From Nitrosopumilus sp. BACL13 MAG-121220-bin23 (GTDB lineage Archaea; Thermoproteota; Nitrososphaeria; Nitrososphaerales; Nitrosopumilaceae): a stretch of DNA of 64,000 nt. A program made the position numbers and the translations under genes. The number at the start of each line of letters is the position of its first letter. Position 1 is the first letter of the stretch. The notes under the pieces were generated by a model that saw only the letters and a program-made list of their open reading frames with translations, was not told the DNA's origin and searched no databases. The DNA is taken from contig LIAL01000001.1 of assembly GCA_001437625.1 (NCBI GenBank), positions 756 to 64,755 of the forward strand, in the 5' to 3' direction. This document shows positions 1 through 9,608 of this stretch, one piece after another.

Positions 1-1697
1 TGACTCAGAATTGTTTCACCTGCACCTCCTTCACCTGATTTTAATTTCGCCAATGCATCTAATTCATCAAAAATTACTACACACGGTGCTGATGCTTTTG
101 CTTTTCTAAATATTTCTCTTACTGCTTTTTCTGATTCTCCCATCCACTTAGAAAGAATTTCTGGACCTCTAACTAAAATCATATTTGCTCCTGTCTCTGT
201 TGCAACTGCTCTTGCAAGTAATGTTTTTCCACATCCTGGTGGACCATAAATTAAAGCTCCTTTTGGTGGTTTAACTCCCATTTTTGTAAATTTACTTGGT
301 TCTTTTATTGCTGTGATCAAATTATCTGTTAATGATTTTTTAACTTCCTCCAAACCTCCTACATCACACCACCATACTTTTGGTCTTTCTACATAGAACT
401 CTCTCATTGCAGTAGGAACTACTTCCTGCATTGCATCGTAAAAATCAACCAATTTAATTTCCATTGATTGCAAAACTGCGGATGAAATTTTTTCAGTTTC
501 AAGATCAATTTCTGGTAGGTATCTTCTAATTGATTTCATAGCTGCCTCTCTGCATAGTGATTTGATATCTGCCCCTGTGTATCCGTGTAATTCCGATGAT
601 AAATTTTTAAGATCTATGTCTTCGCTAATTGGCATTCCTCGTGTATGAATTTGCAAAATTTCATATCTTTCATCTTCATTGGGTACTGTAATTTCAAATT
701 CTCTATCAAATCTGCCTGGTCTTCTAAGAGCAGGATCCATACTATCTGGCCTATTTGTTGCGCCTAACACGATAACGTTTCCTCTATCTGTAAGCCCGTC
801 CATTAATGCTAATAATTGAGCCACTACTCTTTTTTCCACATCACCGTAAGCCTCTTCTCTTTTTGGTGCAATTGCATCAATTTCGTCAATGAATATTATG
901 CTTGGGGAATTATCTTTTGCTTCTTTGAAAATTTCTCTTAGTTTAGCTTCTGTTTCTCCATAATACTTGTTCATAATTTCTGGACCGTTAATTGGATACA
1001 TGTTAGCTTCTGATTCACTTGCAAGAACTTTTGCAAGTAATGTTTTTCCACATCCTGGTGGACCGTAAAGTAAAATTCCACTGTGCGGTTCAACTCCTAA
1101 TCTTGCAAATAATTCTGGATGTCTTAATGGTAATTCTACAATCTCTCTCATTGCTTTGGTTTTTTCTTTTAATCCTCCCACTTCTTCATATGTAACTCGA
1201 ACTTTTCTATCAATTGATATTTCTGATGAAATATTTACCTCTGTTGTTTTATCAATTTCAATTACTCCTTTTGGTACTGTTTTTGTAATTTTAAAATCCA
1301 TGGAATTTCCCAAAATCATTACAGCAATTTCATCTCCGTGTGTGATTGGTAATCCTTTCAATCTATTTTTTACAAAATCTGTATATTCTTTATCTACTGT
1401 AACTGAATCATTTAGTGGAGTTAATGTTATTATTTTTGCAATCTTTGTTGTAACTTTTCTAATCTTTACAATATCGTTTAATGTTCCTCCTACATTTTTT
1501 CTTGTTTGTCCGTCTATTCTAATTATATCTGGAAATTTTTCATCTTCATCCACTGGCCAAATAACTGCACAACTAGTTCTTGAACCCATTATTTCAATAA
1601 TATCTCCTGGTTCTGCTTTTAGAAAATCCATTGCTTGTGGACCTACTCTGGCACGTTTCTTACCTATGTCTCTTTGTTTTGCTTCCCCAATCCTCAT
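1..1697 (-). CDS. cdc48: CDC48/VCP-like double AAA+ ATPase (C-terminus runs off the window edge)
   Basis: Absent from the ORF track because it is edge-truncated. My reverse-strand translation from ATG (rc) at 1695-1697 gives [20 protein letters not shown].... It has two Walker A loops, [14 protein letters not shown] (rc of ~1050-1075 and ~215-250), and Walker [12 protein letters not shown]. An in-frame TGA lies upstream. The + strand ORF 1156..1767 is its antisense shadow. Confidence 0.9.
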   Translation of the reverse strand, partial: MRIGEAKQRDIGKKRARVGPQAMDFLKAEPGDIIEIMGSRTSCAVIWPVDEDEKFPDIIRIDGQTRKNVGGTLNDIVKIRKVTTKIAKIITLTPLNDSVTVDKEYTDFVKNRLKGLPITHGDEIAVMILGNSMDFKITKTVPKGVIEIDKTTEVNISSEISIDRKVRVTYEEVGGLKEKTKAMREIVELPLRHPELFARLGVEPHSGILLYGPPGCGKTLLAKVLASESEANMYPINGPEIMNKYYGETEAKLREIFKEAKDNSPSIIFIDEIDAIAPKREEAYGDVEKRVVAQLLALMDGLTDRGNVIVLGATNRPDSMDPALRRPGRFDREFEITVPNEDERYEILQIHTRGMPISEDIDLKNLSSELHGYTGADIKSLCREAAMKSIRRYLPEIDLETEKISSAVLQSMEIKLVDFYDAMQEVVPTAMREFYVERPKVWWCDVGGLEEVKKSLTDNLITAIKEPSKFTKMGVKPPKGALIYGPPGCGKTLLARAVATETGANMILVRGPEILSKWMGESEKAVREIFRKAKASAPCVVIFDELDALAKLKSGEGGAGETILS

Positions 1698-1746
1698 TTG
1701 CAAAGGTTCTTCTTTGCGGACCAAAAATCACTTACTTCCTGTTATA

Positions 1747-2013
1747 CTAATTACGGCTCATGCTTAATACTTCAAATTCACTAACACCCTCTACTGCTCT
1801 TACTGTGTTTTCTAGTGAATCCATTTGACCATCTTTATCTTCTAACACAAATTCTGCTTTTAGACATTCTAATCCAAAAGCTAATGGCTCTTTTGCATGT
1901 CGTTTTAAGATAATTCCGTCTTTTAGTGAGGTTTTTACATTTTCTGCTAATTTATCTAAATCTACTTCCATTCCTGTTGGAAGAATTTTTGCTATCAATA
2001 CTACATCTGTCAT
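1747..2013 (-). CDS. ef1b: translation elongation factor aEF-1 beta
   Basis: [27 protein letters not shown]...EFEVLSMSR, 88 aa. Length and sequence are typical of archaeal EF-1beta. I chose the internal Met because the longer track ORF overlaps the upstream gene. Confidence 0.8.
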   Translation of the reverse strand: MTDVVLIAKILPTGMEVDLDKLAENVKTSLKDGIILKRHAKEPLAFGLECLKAEFVLEDKDGQMDSLENTVRAVEGVSEFEVLSMSRN

Positions 2014-2017
2014 TTTT

Positions 2018-2221
2018 TTAAGGTCCTGTGAAATTACATGAAGAACATGTGTAATTTCTTGCTGCATCTCTACAATTTTGACATCTCCAAATAATATCTA
2101 CACCACAATCTGGACAATTAAATTTCACAGATTTATCTCCTGGCATAATTGGTCTATTACAACAACTACATGTTGGTAATGATATGGTAGATGACATGTT
2201 CAAATTTTCTGTAAACATCAT
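2018..2221 (-). CDS. Zn-ribbon protein of the type found next to aEF-1beta in archaea (putative translation-related RNA-binding protein)
   Basis: Multiple CxxC pairs (CSCC, CPDC, CQNC, CSSC) in 67 aa. It sits immediately upstream of and co-oriented with EF-1beta, a conserved archaeal neighbourhood. Confidence 0.65.
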   Translation of the reverse strand: MMFTENLNMSSTISLPTCSCCNRPIMPGDKSVKFNCPDCGVDIIWRCQNCRDAARNYTCSSCNFTGP

Positions 2222-2238
2222 TTATACCTTACTTGAAA

Positions 2239-3387
2239 TTAATCTGTAATTGAACTCAATATTTTTTTTAGTTCTCCTGTGATTAATGTTTTAGATATTT
2301 TTAGTGAACCTTTTACTCCCAGTAGTTTTATGATTGAACTTGTATGAAAATCAAAATCATCTTTTTCTGAAATATCATTGGTAATTTCTGGAGTTATTGT
2401 TTCAAATAATTTATTGATTGTTTGATTATCTATTCTTTCTAATATTTTTCTTACAAGTAATTGTTTTTCAAATTCTTTCCCAAATCTATCTGTCCATCTT
2501 TTTTGATACTCTTGAAGATCTAAAATTTCATTTGTTTTTAAAAATTTAGATATGGCTTGCCCTGCATAAACTCCTCCCATACCGCTTGTAAAAATTCCCC
2601 CAGATGTAGTTGGTTTTGCTTGCCCTGCTGCATCTCCTATGATCACTGTTTTACCTTCAACAAATTTTTCAATTGGACCTTTAATCCAAATTGGTGCATA
2701 TATTTTTCTAATAGTTGAAAATTTTCCTTTTTCTCTAAGGATTGAATCTAATGCTTCTGCGACGTTAATTCCTTTTCCTGCTACTCCTACTTTTCCTTTC
2801 CCTTCATTTGATGGAATTATCCATGCAAAAAATCCTGGATATTTTTCTTGATCAAAAATTACTTCTACCTGTCCCTTTTTTATCCAATCTGCATAAATTT
2901 CATATTGTGCGGATGATAAAATTCCAGTTCTATCTTTTTGCACTAATGATGATACTCCCCTTGCATCAACAAAAATTTTACAATCTATTTTCCCTTCATT
3001 GGTTCTTATTCCAACATCTGTAATTTCTTGAAAACTTGTTCTAACTTTAATGACTGCTCCGTTTTTTTGAGCTTGAAATGCAATTTGTTTATCTAATTCT
3101 CTTCTGCTGATTTCTACCACTTTTTGTTTTTTTGAATTAATTGTAAAACTATTCCCATTTGCTGATGTAATCTTTGCAGACTCTATCATATGATCAAACG
3201 TTTTTCTAAATGGTATTATCCCTAATTCTTCTAAACCTGTAATACTGACTAATCCTCCACAATGTTCTGGTGTCCCTATTTCATAATCTTCTTCAATTAC
3301 TAATACTGAAAATCCTTTTGAAGATATTTCTCTGGCGCATAGTAAACCTGCAACGCTTCCTCCTGCAACTATTGCATCGTAGTACAT
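2239..3387 (-). CDS. FAD-dependent geranylgeranyl reductase family protein (digeranylgeranylglycerophospholipid reductase-like)
   Basis: N-terminal dinucleotide fold YDAIVAGGSVAGLLCA...VLVIEE, PEHCGGLVS, later GDAAGQAKPTTSGGI; 382 aa. Confidence 0.8.
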   Translation of the reverse strand: MYYDAIVAGGSVAGLLCAREISSKGFSVLVIEEDYEIGTPEHCGGLVSITGLEELGIIPFRKTFDHMIESAKITSANGNSFTINSKKQKVVEISRRELDKQIAFQAQKNGAVIKVRTSFQEITDVGIRTNEGKIDCKIFVDARGVSSLVQKDRTGILSSAQYEIYADWIKKGQVEVIFDQEKYPGFFAWIIPSNEGKGKVGVAGKGINVAEALDSILREKGKFSTIRKIYAPIWIKGPIEKFVEGKTVIIGDAAGQAKPTTSGGIFTSGMGGVYAGQAISKFLKTNEILDLQEYQKRWTDRFGKEFEKQLLVRKILERIDNQTINKLFETITPEITNDISEKDDFDFHTSSIIKLLGVKGSLKISKTLITGELKKILSSITD

Positions 3388-3454
3388 AGATTTTGGTTCT
3401 TTGTCAATTATTTAATTCCAAAGTTTTTGATTATGCCTAATTCTTCATACTGTC

Positions 3455-3808
3455 ATGGGCGACATTAAACAAGTAATTGTAGTTAGAACTGATCTTGCTA
3501 TGGGAAAAGGCAAGATCGCTGCACAAGTAGGACATGCATGTGTACTTGGTGCTGAACATGTTAGAAAATCTCATCCTGAGTGGTGGTCTGAATGGTGGGG
3601 TGGTCAAGAAAAAGTGGTTGTAAAAGTCTCTGGACTTAAGGAGTTACAGCAAGTAAAAAGACAGGCTATTGATTTGAATCTTCCATGGTCTGAAGTATCT
3701 GATGCGGGACATACACAATTAGCTCCTGGCACAACAACGTGTATATCCATTGGACCTGCACCTGAAAATTTAATTGATAAAATTACTGGCGATTTTAAAT
3801 TACTCTAG
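3455..3808 (+). CDS. pth2: peptidyl-tRNA hydrolase, archaeal/eukaryotic Pth2 type
   Basis: KQVIVVRTDLAMGKGKIAAQVGHA...VSDAGHTQLAPGTTTCISIGP; 117 aa, classic Pth2. Confidence 0.9.
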   Translation: MGDIKQVIVVRTDLAMGKGKIAAQVGHACVLGAEHVRKSHPEWWSEWWGGQEKVVVKVSGLKELQQVKRQAIDLNLPWSEVSDAGHTQLAPGTTTCISIGPAPENLIDKITGDFKLL

Positions 3809-3856
3809 ATATTTTTCTTGCAATGAGATATAACCCTCTTAGATGTTTTTTCAAAC

Positions 3857-5455
3857 ATGAATAAAAAGGGCTTACTGGTTGTTTTCTTTTTTGGTGGAAT
3901 AATGCTAACATCTGGATTTGGATTATCTAGCATGATATCCCCTGCTGATGATAACTCTGATGTTACACTAACTGGAACTCCATCTGATAATTTTCCTGAT
4001 GATCAAAGAACTACATTTTGTAGTTCTGGAAGTGATGCAAAATCCACTAAGTATGTTCAAGAATATTTAATTCCAACAGAATGTAGTAACCCGTTAGCTA
4101 TTGTATCTGATTTTGATGGCAATGTTTGGTTTGCTCAAACCAACACTGGTAATATTGCAAAATTTGATCCTACAACTAAAACATTCACTGAATATGATAA
4201 TCCCACATGGCCTGACGGTGCTCGTTCAATGATGTGGGGAATTGATTATGCTCCTGATGGATCTGTTTGGTTTACTGATGAAACATATGACTCTGTTTGG
4301 AGTTTTTCAACCCTTACTGAAGAATATAATAGATTATCTTATCCTTCTGATGGTAATTCCTTACCTCAAAAATTAATGATAGATGGTTCTCAAATTATTA
4401 TTAATGATTTTACTGGTAACAAGCTTACAATTTTAAATATCAATCTCTCTGATGAAGAAGTTAATTATCTTAGTATTCCATCTGCACTTGATGATTCTGT
4501 AACTGCTGACTTTGCATTAGATGCAAATAATGACATTTGGTATACAAATTGGTTATATCAACAAGGTGGATTTTTGGTTAAGTTTAATCAAAATGGTTAC
4601 CTTGATGCTGTATCTAACTCTGGTGAGAAATTTTTACCTCTCATTGATTTCATCAATGCCTACGCATTACCTGTTCAATTACTTACTCCCAATGGAATAA
4701 CTTTCTCAGACGATGGACTTCTTTGGATTGTAGATACTACTTCTTCTTCTTTCTTTAGTTTTGATCCTTTATCTGAAGAATTTATTCAATATGTTACGGC
4801 AGATCCTGCGCTTGAAACGTATGGTAACCAGACAGGTGTGATTAAATCTCCTATATCTAGACCTTATTGGATAGAAAATAATGATCAAGGACAACTTGTA
4901 TTCAATGAACAAACTGCAAATAATATTTCTGTAATTGATCCAAAAAAACAATCTCTTGTGGAATACCATGTACCTTCAAAAAATCCTAATTGGGGTGATT
5001 GTGACAATGGTGTTGAAGTTTTAGATAATTGTGGTATTGCACAAATCTTTGATTTTACAATATTTGGTGATAAAATTTGGTTTACTGAATGGGTTGAAAA
5101 TAAAATTGGTGTTGTAGATACTTCTGTACCGTTACCACTTGAAATTCAATTTGAATATGATACATTGAATTTACTTCCTGGAAATTCCGCTAATTTTCAT
5201 TTTATAATATCTCCACAATTTAACGATGGAAAATTGGAACTTTCATCTATTGTATCTATAACACATGATTTTCTAACTGTTGATTTCATTCATGACTCTG
5301 TTGAAACTTTTGAACTAGATTCTGATAGCCCTGTCCCAGTTCATGTTGATATTTCTGCTTCTGATGATGCATTACCTGGAACATACAAAATTTTACTTGG
5401 TGTAGACTCTGATGATATTGCAATTAGTAAATTTCTTACAGTGATAATAGAGTGA
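3857..5455 (+). CDS. secreted beta-propeller protein (virginiamycin-B-lyase/SMP-30-like repeats) with a C-terminal Ig-like region
   Basis: N-terminal hydrophobic signal/anchor. Repeated blades of the form NVWFAQTNTGNIAKFDP, GSVWFTDETYDSVWSF, DIWYTNW, LLWIVDTTSSSFFSFDP and KIWFTEWVENKIGVVD. Confidence 0.55.
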   Translation: MNKKGLLVVFFFGGIMLTSGFGLSSMISPADDNSDVTLTGTPSDNFPDDQRTTFCSSGSDAKSTKYVQEYLIPTECSNPLAIVSDFDGNVWFAQTNTGNIAKFDPTTKTFTEYDNPTWPDGARSMMWGIDYAPDGSVWFTDETYDSVWSFSTLTEEYNRLSYPSDGNSLPQKLMIDGSQIIINDFTGNKLTILNINLSDEEVNYLSIPSALDDSVTADFALDANNDIWYTNWLYQQGGFLVKFNQNGYLDAVSNSGEKFLPLIDFINAYALPVQLLTPNGITFSDDGLLWIVDTTSSSFFSFDPLSEEFIQYVTADPALETYGNQTGVIKSPISRPYWIENNDQGQLVFNEQTANNISVIDPKKQSLVEYHVPSKNPNWGDCDNGVEVLDNCGIAQIFDFTIFGDKIWFTEWVENKIGVVDTSVPLPLEIQFEYDTLNLLPGNSANFHFIISPQFNDGKLELSSIVSITHDFLTVDFIHDSVETFELDSDSPVPVHVDISASDDALPGTYKILLGVDSDDIAISKFLTVIIE

Positions 5456-6648
5456 TACCTGATATTGACTCTCAAATAGGAATCTCTCTCTACACTACAA
5501 AATTTTCTGGTATTGGCGGAAAAATTAGAATTACCCCTGAAGATTTTGAGGTATCTGAATTAATTTCTAAGCGTGCAACAAACTCCATCACTAATGAAAG
5601 TGGTTATGCTGTTTACAAATTAAAAAAGAAAAAAATTGATACTAATCATGCATTATCTGATGTATTTCGAAAAACAGGTGTTCGGTTAAAATCCCTAGGC
5701 TTAAAAGATGCATCTGCTATAACTGAACAATTCGTTGGTTCGCCTCATAAGGGTAAACCTATTGAGGATTTTTCTACTGAGAAATATTCTCTTACAAAAA
5801 TTGGATTTACAAAAAAACCGTTATCTAAAAAAGAGATGATTGGTAATAATTTTAAAATACGCATTTCTGATTGCTCTGATAAATTATCTTCTTTTAGTGA
5901 ACATAATTGCATTTTAAATTTTTATGGTTATCAAAGATTTGGTTCAAAAAGACCTGTAACTCATTTAATTGGTAAAGCTATTCTGCAAAGAGATTTTGAT
6001 ATGGCTGTAGATTTAATTTTATCATTTACTTCTACATATGATTCTGCAGAAAATACTGAAATTCGTGAAAAACTTTCTGATAAAATAAATTATGTGAAAT
6101 ATTATGATCACGTTCCATCTCAAATGGATATTGAACGAATTGTTCTAAAAGAAATGATAGATCACGATGATTCCATACGTGCTATACGTGCAATCCCATT
6201 ATCTTTAAGACGATTTTATATTCAGGCTTACCAATCCTTTATTTTTAATCAATCTCTTAGTGCTGCATTTTTGGATGGTGAAAATTTATTTGAATCTCAA
6301 TCTGGTGATGTTTGTTATGATTCTAAAAGTATCATTGGTAAATTCAAAGATGGTGTTGAACAATACCTTTCATTACCTTTTGTTGGTTATTCTTATTATA
6401 AAAAAACAAGATTTGATCATCAAATTTCTAAAGTTTTAAGTCAAGAAGAGGTTACTCCTAAAGATTTTTTCATTAAAGAGATGCAAGAAGTTAGTAGTGA
6501 GGGTGGATTTAGACAGGCTGCAATTCATTGTTCTGATTATTTATCTGAAAACAATAATGTTGAGTTCTCTTTATCTCGTGGTTCTTTTGCAACCATTTTA
6601 CTACGAGAAATTATGAAACCTGATGATCCTATTGCTGCTGGTTTTTAA
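5452..6648 (+). CDS. truD: tRNA pseudouridine synthase TruD/Pus7 family
   Basis: GIGGKIRITPEDFEVSEL and NFYGYQRFG motifs. GTG start overlaps the upstream stop (GTGA). Confidence 0.8.
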   Translation: MIPDIDSQIGISLYTTKFSGIGGKIRITPEDFEVSELISKRATNSITNESGYAVYKLKKKKIDTNHALSDVFRKTGVRLKSLGLKDASAITEQFVGSPHKGKPIEDFSTEKYSLTKIGFTKKPLSKKEMIGNNFKIRISDCSDKLSSFSEHNCILNFYGYQRFGSKRPVTHLIGKAILQRDFDMAVDLILSFTSTYDSAENTEIREKLSDKINYVKYYDHVPSQMDIERIVLKEMIDHDDSIRAIRAIPLSLRRFYIQAYQSFIFNQSLSAAFLDGENLFESQSGDVCYDSKSIIGKFKDGVEQYLSLPFVGYSYYKKTRFDHQISKVLSQEEVTPKDFFIKEMQEVSSEGGFRQAAIHCSDYLSENNNVEFSLSRGSFATILLREIMKPDDPIAAGF

Positions 6649-6654
6649 TTTATT

Positions 6655-6861
6655 TTATTTTTTTAAAACCTTTGATATGATGCCTACTGAAATTACTATT
6701 ATTCCACAAATCATAATTCCAATTCCATAAGTAATCCAATTTGGATTGGCATACATGAAAGATGATTCTGGACCTACTATTGATTGTCCTTGAAGGTCAA
6801 AAATTAACCCAAAAATGAATGTAATAATTCCAATTCCAATCACCGAATAAGATTTTTCCAT
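6655..6861 (-). CDS. small membrane protein (2 TM), hypothetical
   Basis: 68 aa with two hydrophobic spans; no recognisable motif. Confidence 0.45.
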   Translation of the reverse strand: MEKSYSVIGIGIITFIFGLIFDLQGQSIVGPESSFMYANPNWITYGIGIMICGIIVISVGIISKVLKK

Positions 6862-6964
6862 AACTTCTTGGTATAATTTCTATTAAAAAGGGTAAACAGA
6901 ATTGATACTTTAAGCAATTCATTTTCTGATTCTATTTTTAATGATTTTCTAATGATTTAATGAA

Positions 6965-7651
6965 ATGTACGACTGGAATGGTGATTCTGAATCCTCTCAT
7001 CACAAATATTTAGGTTTGATATTGTTTGTCTCATCAGCACTTTTAGCAATAATCTTGTTTCTTATTTTTTATCCTCAAATTGAGACCATCAATAAAGAAT
7101 CCCCTGTTTTAATTAATTTGATGTTTATTCCTGCTATGGCTGTAGGATTTCTTTATGGTATTAAAATTACTCAACGTGCTGTTAATCCGTCTGAAATTCA
7201 AAGTCCAATTAAAAGGTCTATTGTAAAAATATTCTTATTCTTTTTTGTAATTGGTGGAATGTTTAGTTCTGTTAACTTTGCAATTAATGGTGGAAGTGTA
7301 ATGCCTGAAGTCTCTATTTTTGAAGATGGGTTGTTGACATGGCTACATACTTTTATTGTGGAAAACGGGGGTGCTACTTTTCTTATTATCACTAGTATTG
7401 GATTAATGGCCGCAGCAACGAAAAGAATTGTAGGATTGGATTCTGGATTTTTAAATAGACTTGTTTCTTCTGTTGGTACTTTTGTTTTTGTCACTATTCT
7501 TGTTTTAAGTTTTACAAAATCTGATCCTACTTCGTCTGGTGTATTTTTATACACTTTTTATCAGGCTGGAATTGTTGGCGGTGCATTTTATGCTATGAAT
7601 AAATTAACTAAAGACAAAAACATGATGTCCGATTTTTCAAATGGATATTAA
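6965..7651 (+). CDS. polytopic membrane protein, hypothetical
   Basis: 228 aa with 5-6 hydrophobic helices. The antisense ORF 7198..7554 is rejected. Confidence 0.6.
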   Translation: MYDWNGDSESSHHKYLGLILFVSSALLAIILFLIFYPQIETINKESPVLINLMFIPAMAVGFLYGIKITQRAVNPSEIQSPIKRSIVKIFLFFFVIGGMFSSVNFAINGGSVMPEVSIFEDGLLTWLHTFIVENGGATFLIITSIGLMAAATKRIVGLDSGFLNRLVSSVGTFVFVTILVLSFTKSDPTSSGVFLYTFYQAGIVGGAFYAMNKLTKDKNMMSDFSNGY

Positions 7652-7710
7652 TTTAATTCTCTCTTAAGTTGATGCATATTCTTAATTTCTAGTGTTACTA
7701 TAGATTTTCT

Positions 7711-8049
7711 ATGGGATTTCTAAATAAAATTAAAAAAAGTATTGAATTAAAACAACGTATGCCTAATAATGAATCTATTAAAAAAATTGAGAATAGAATA
7801 CTAGAATTAACAAAACAATTAAAAAAAAATCCTAATAATTCTAAAATTATTACTACATTATACATGTACTATGTTGAAATATCTGACACTGAAAAAAAAA
7901 TTGAATGTTTAAAAAAATTATCTCAACTTTTACCTAATGATTTTTATTCATTTCAGCAACTTGCAGATATTTATATAAATGAATTTGAAAATATTGCTCA
8001 AGCAAAAATTTATCAAAATCAGGCAAATAATATCAAAAATTCTTTCTAG
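7711..8049 (+). CDS. hypothetical helical (TPR-like) protein
   Basis: 112 aa, Lys/Asn-rich helical; the segment LLPNDFYSFQQLADIYINEFENIAQAKIYQ is TPR-like. Confidence 0.45.
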   Translation: MGFLNKIKKSIELKQRMPNNESIKKIENRILELTKQLKKNPNNSKIITTLYMYYVEISDTEKKIECLKKLSQLLPNDFYSFQQLADIYINEFENIAQAKIYQNQANNIKNSF

Positions 8050-8069
8050 TTTTTAATTAATTGTATGAT

Positions 8070-8318
8070 TTAGTTCTCTAAATCTACGTATATTCCTGAA
8101 ATTTCAGTATTGATTCTACTCCAGTATGTTTCACATCCATCTGTTTTAAAATCATTTGCTTTACATTCATTGAAATGGGCTGTACTCTCTCTAGACATAT
8201 TATCTCCAAACAAAACATCTTCGCCAATTGCAACTCCTATTATTAAAATTGCCACTAAACTAGCTGAAACAAGGATCATAGAATAGCCTACTCCTCTCAT
8301 ATTTTTAGGATCTTTCAT
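8070..8318 (-). CDS. membrane-anchored small protein, hypothetical
   Basis: 82 aa with an N-terminal TM helix and a 2-Cys extracytoplasmic tail. Confidence 0.45.
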   Translation of the reverse strand: MKDPKNMRGVGYSMILVSASLVAILIIGVAIGEDVLFGDNMSRESTAHFNECKANDFKTDGCETYWSRINTEISGIYVDLEN

Positions 8319-8434
8319 TTATGTGAAATCTATAAACCTTGAATTTAATCTTTTCACGTCTAAATCTCCGCTTCAATCTTTAACACTAGTATATTTTTTC
8401 CGATAAAAAGAAAAGAGAGTACTTCAAAATAGGT

Positions 8435-8938
8435 TTGTTGAGTATTCAAATTCTTCAATATGAGTTTCTTGGTCCTATACCCCTTACTGAATGGGGCCCT
8501 CCAATGGAACAATTGGTTTATTTGATTTTATCTCGAAACAAGGATAAATTTGATATAATTTATGCTGGCGATTGTCAAAAAACTGATGATAAATCGTTTT
8601 TTACTGATCATGATAAATTCGAATGCTGGCTTAAACAATCTGGATCTGAACAATCTTTACATCTTGCAATTTTACCGCTGTTTGATTCTACTGATAAAAA
8701 AAGAATAAATATAATTCAAAAGATATTATCTCAATACAAACCACATTGTAATTTTGATGATATTATTAAACAAAAACCTGATTATGTTGTAAGAGTTTCA
8801 GAGGAACCTGATGTAAATTCTGATAAGATAATTTGTGCATGTTGTGGCTCTAAAATGAATTTGGAAAAAACTCTTGAAAAATCTAATCTTTATCGTTGTA
8901 TTGGTTGTGGATTAAGCGACACTAGACTTAATTCTTAA
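8435..8938 (+). CDS. hypothetical protein with a C-terminal CxxC...CxxC zinc ribbon; the N-terminus is faintly GIY-YIG-like
   Basis: CACCGSKMNLEKTLEKSNLYRCIGCG at the C-terminus. LVYLILSRNKDKFDIIYAGD resembles the GIY-(10)-YIG spacing. A TTG start is required, or else Met24. Confidence 0.5.
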   Translation: MLSIQILQYEFLGPIPLTEWGPPMEQLVYLILSRNKDKFDIIYAGDCQKTDDKSFFTDHDKFECWLKQSGSEQSLHLAILPLFDSTDKKRINIIQKILSQYKPHCNFDDIIKQKPDYVVRVSEEPDVNSDKIICACCGSKMNLEKTLEKSNLYRCIGCGLSDTRLNS

Positions 8939-9161
8939 CTTTGTTTTGTACTTTAAATAATTCCACTGTTAGTAAATCAATTGCTTTTTTCAAATGTTGA
9001 AATTCATTAATTGAATGCATTTGCCCTTCTACTAATGCTCTCATGATTTTAACTGAACTTTTTTGATGATCATCTGATGCAACAATTTCCATGGCGTTTA
9101 ATTTTGATAATAAATTATCTAAATCTTTAATCATTTCATCTGATGGTTTGTGTTTATCCAT
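8928..9161 (-). CDS. hypothetical helical protein (77 aa)
   Basis: I chose the internal start MDKHKPSDEMIKDLDNLL.... The N-terminal 72 aa of track ORF 8928..9377 are low-complexity antisense of the 9253..9405 gene. Confidence 0.45.
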   Translation of the reverse strand: MDKHKPSDEMIKDLDNLLSKLNAMEIVASDDHQKSSVKIMRALVEGQMHSINEFQHLKKAIDLLTVELFKVQNKVKN

Positions 9162-9252
9162 GATTGTCCTATTTTTTTTTCGTATATGAATTATTACAAC
9201 AACCTTTTGATTAATACAAAATACATAAAACTCATATAATTTACTAAAAAAT

Positions 9253-9405
9253 ATGGGATTCAAAAAAGGTATTAACACATGTGTGGAATGTGAGAAAAAA
9301 CTCTCTGAGGATCCAAATGAAACAGGCATGTGTAGCAAATGTGGTTCAGGTGCTAGAATTGATTCAGAAATACACAAAGAATTAAGCGATTTAGGGATAA
9401 TCTAA
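9253..9405 (+). CDS. small zinc-ribbon protein (50 aa), below the ORF-track cutoff
   Basis: My translation: MGFKKGINTCVECEKKLSEDPNETGMCSKCGSGARIDSEIHKELSDLGII*. It has two CxxC knuckles and an ATG start. Confidence 0.6.
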   Translation: MGFKKGINTCVECEKKLSEDPNETGMCSKCGSGARIDSEIHKELSDLGII

Positions 9406-9428
9406 AAAAATCTGTATATTGAGAATTA

Positions 9429-9581
9429 TTATAATAAATCTTCATCAATTTCTTCAATTGGATTGATAAATTGCTTACATGTACAATCTGGAATTTTACA
9501 TTCTCCTAATTTTATCATTAAATTACTTTTTTCATCTGGAACGTGAACTTCATCTGTATGGTGACATTTTTTACAATTCAT
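9429..9581 (-). CDS. small Cys/His-rich protein (50 aa), below the ORF-track cutoff
   Basis: My translation: MNCKKCHHTDEVHVPDEKSNLMIKLGECKIPDCTCKQFINPIEEIDEDLL*. It shares the motif C-x3-DC-x-C-x-QF with ORF 41178..41414. Confidence 0.55.
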   Translation of the reverse strand: MNCKKCHHTDEVHVPDEKSNLMIKLGECKIPDCTCKQFINPIEEIDEDLL

Positions 9582-9608
9582 TTTGATTTCCTTATTGTAC
9601 CTCTAAAT

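Noticed and set aside
1156-1767. 203-aa + strand ORF from the track
   Set aside because: It is the antisense shadow of the CDC48 AAA ATPase gene. The protein is low-complexity (Phe/Ile/Ser-rich), while the opposite strand encodes clear Walker motifs.
8928-9377. 149-aa version of the minus-strand ORF
   Set aside because: Its first 72 codons are antisense to a well-formed zinc-ribbon ORF (9253-9405) and read as low-complexity sequence. The internal Met at 9161 gives a plausible 77-aa helical protein.
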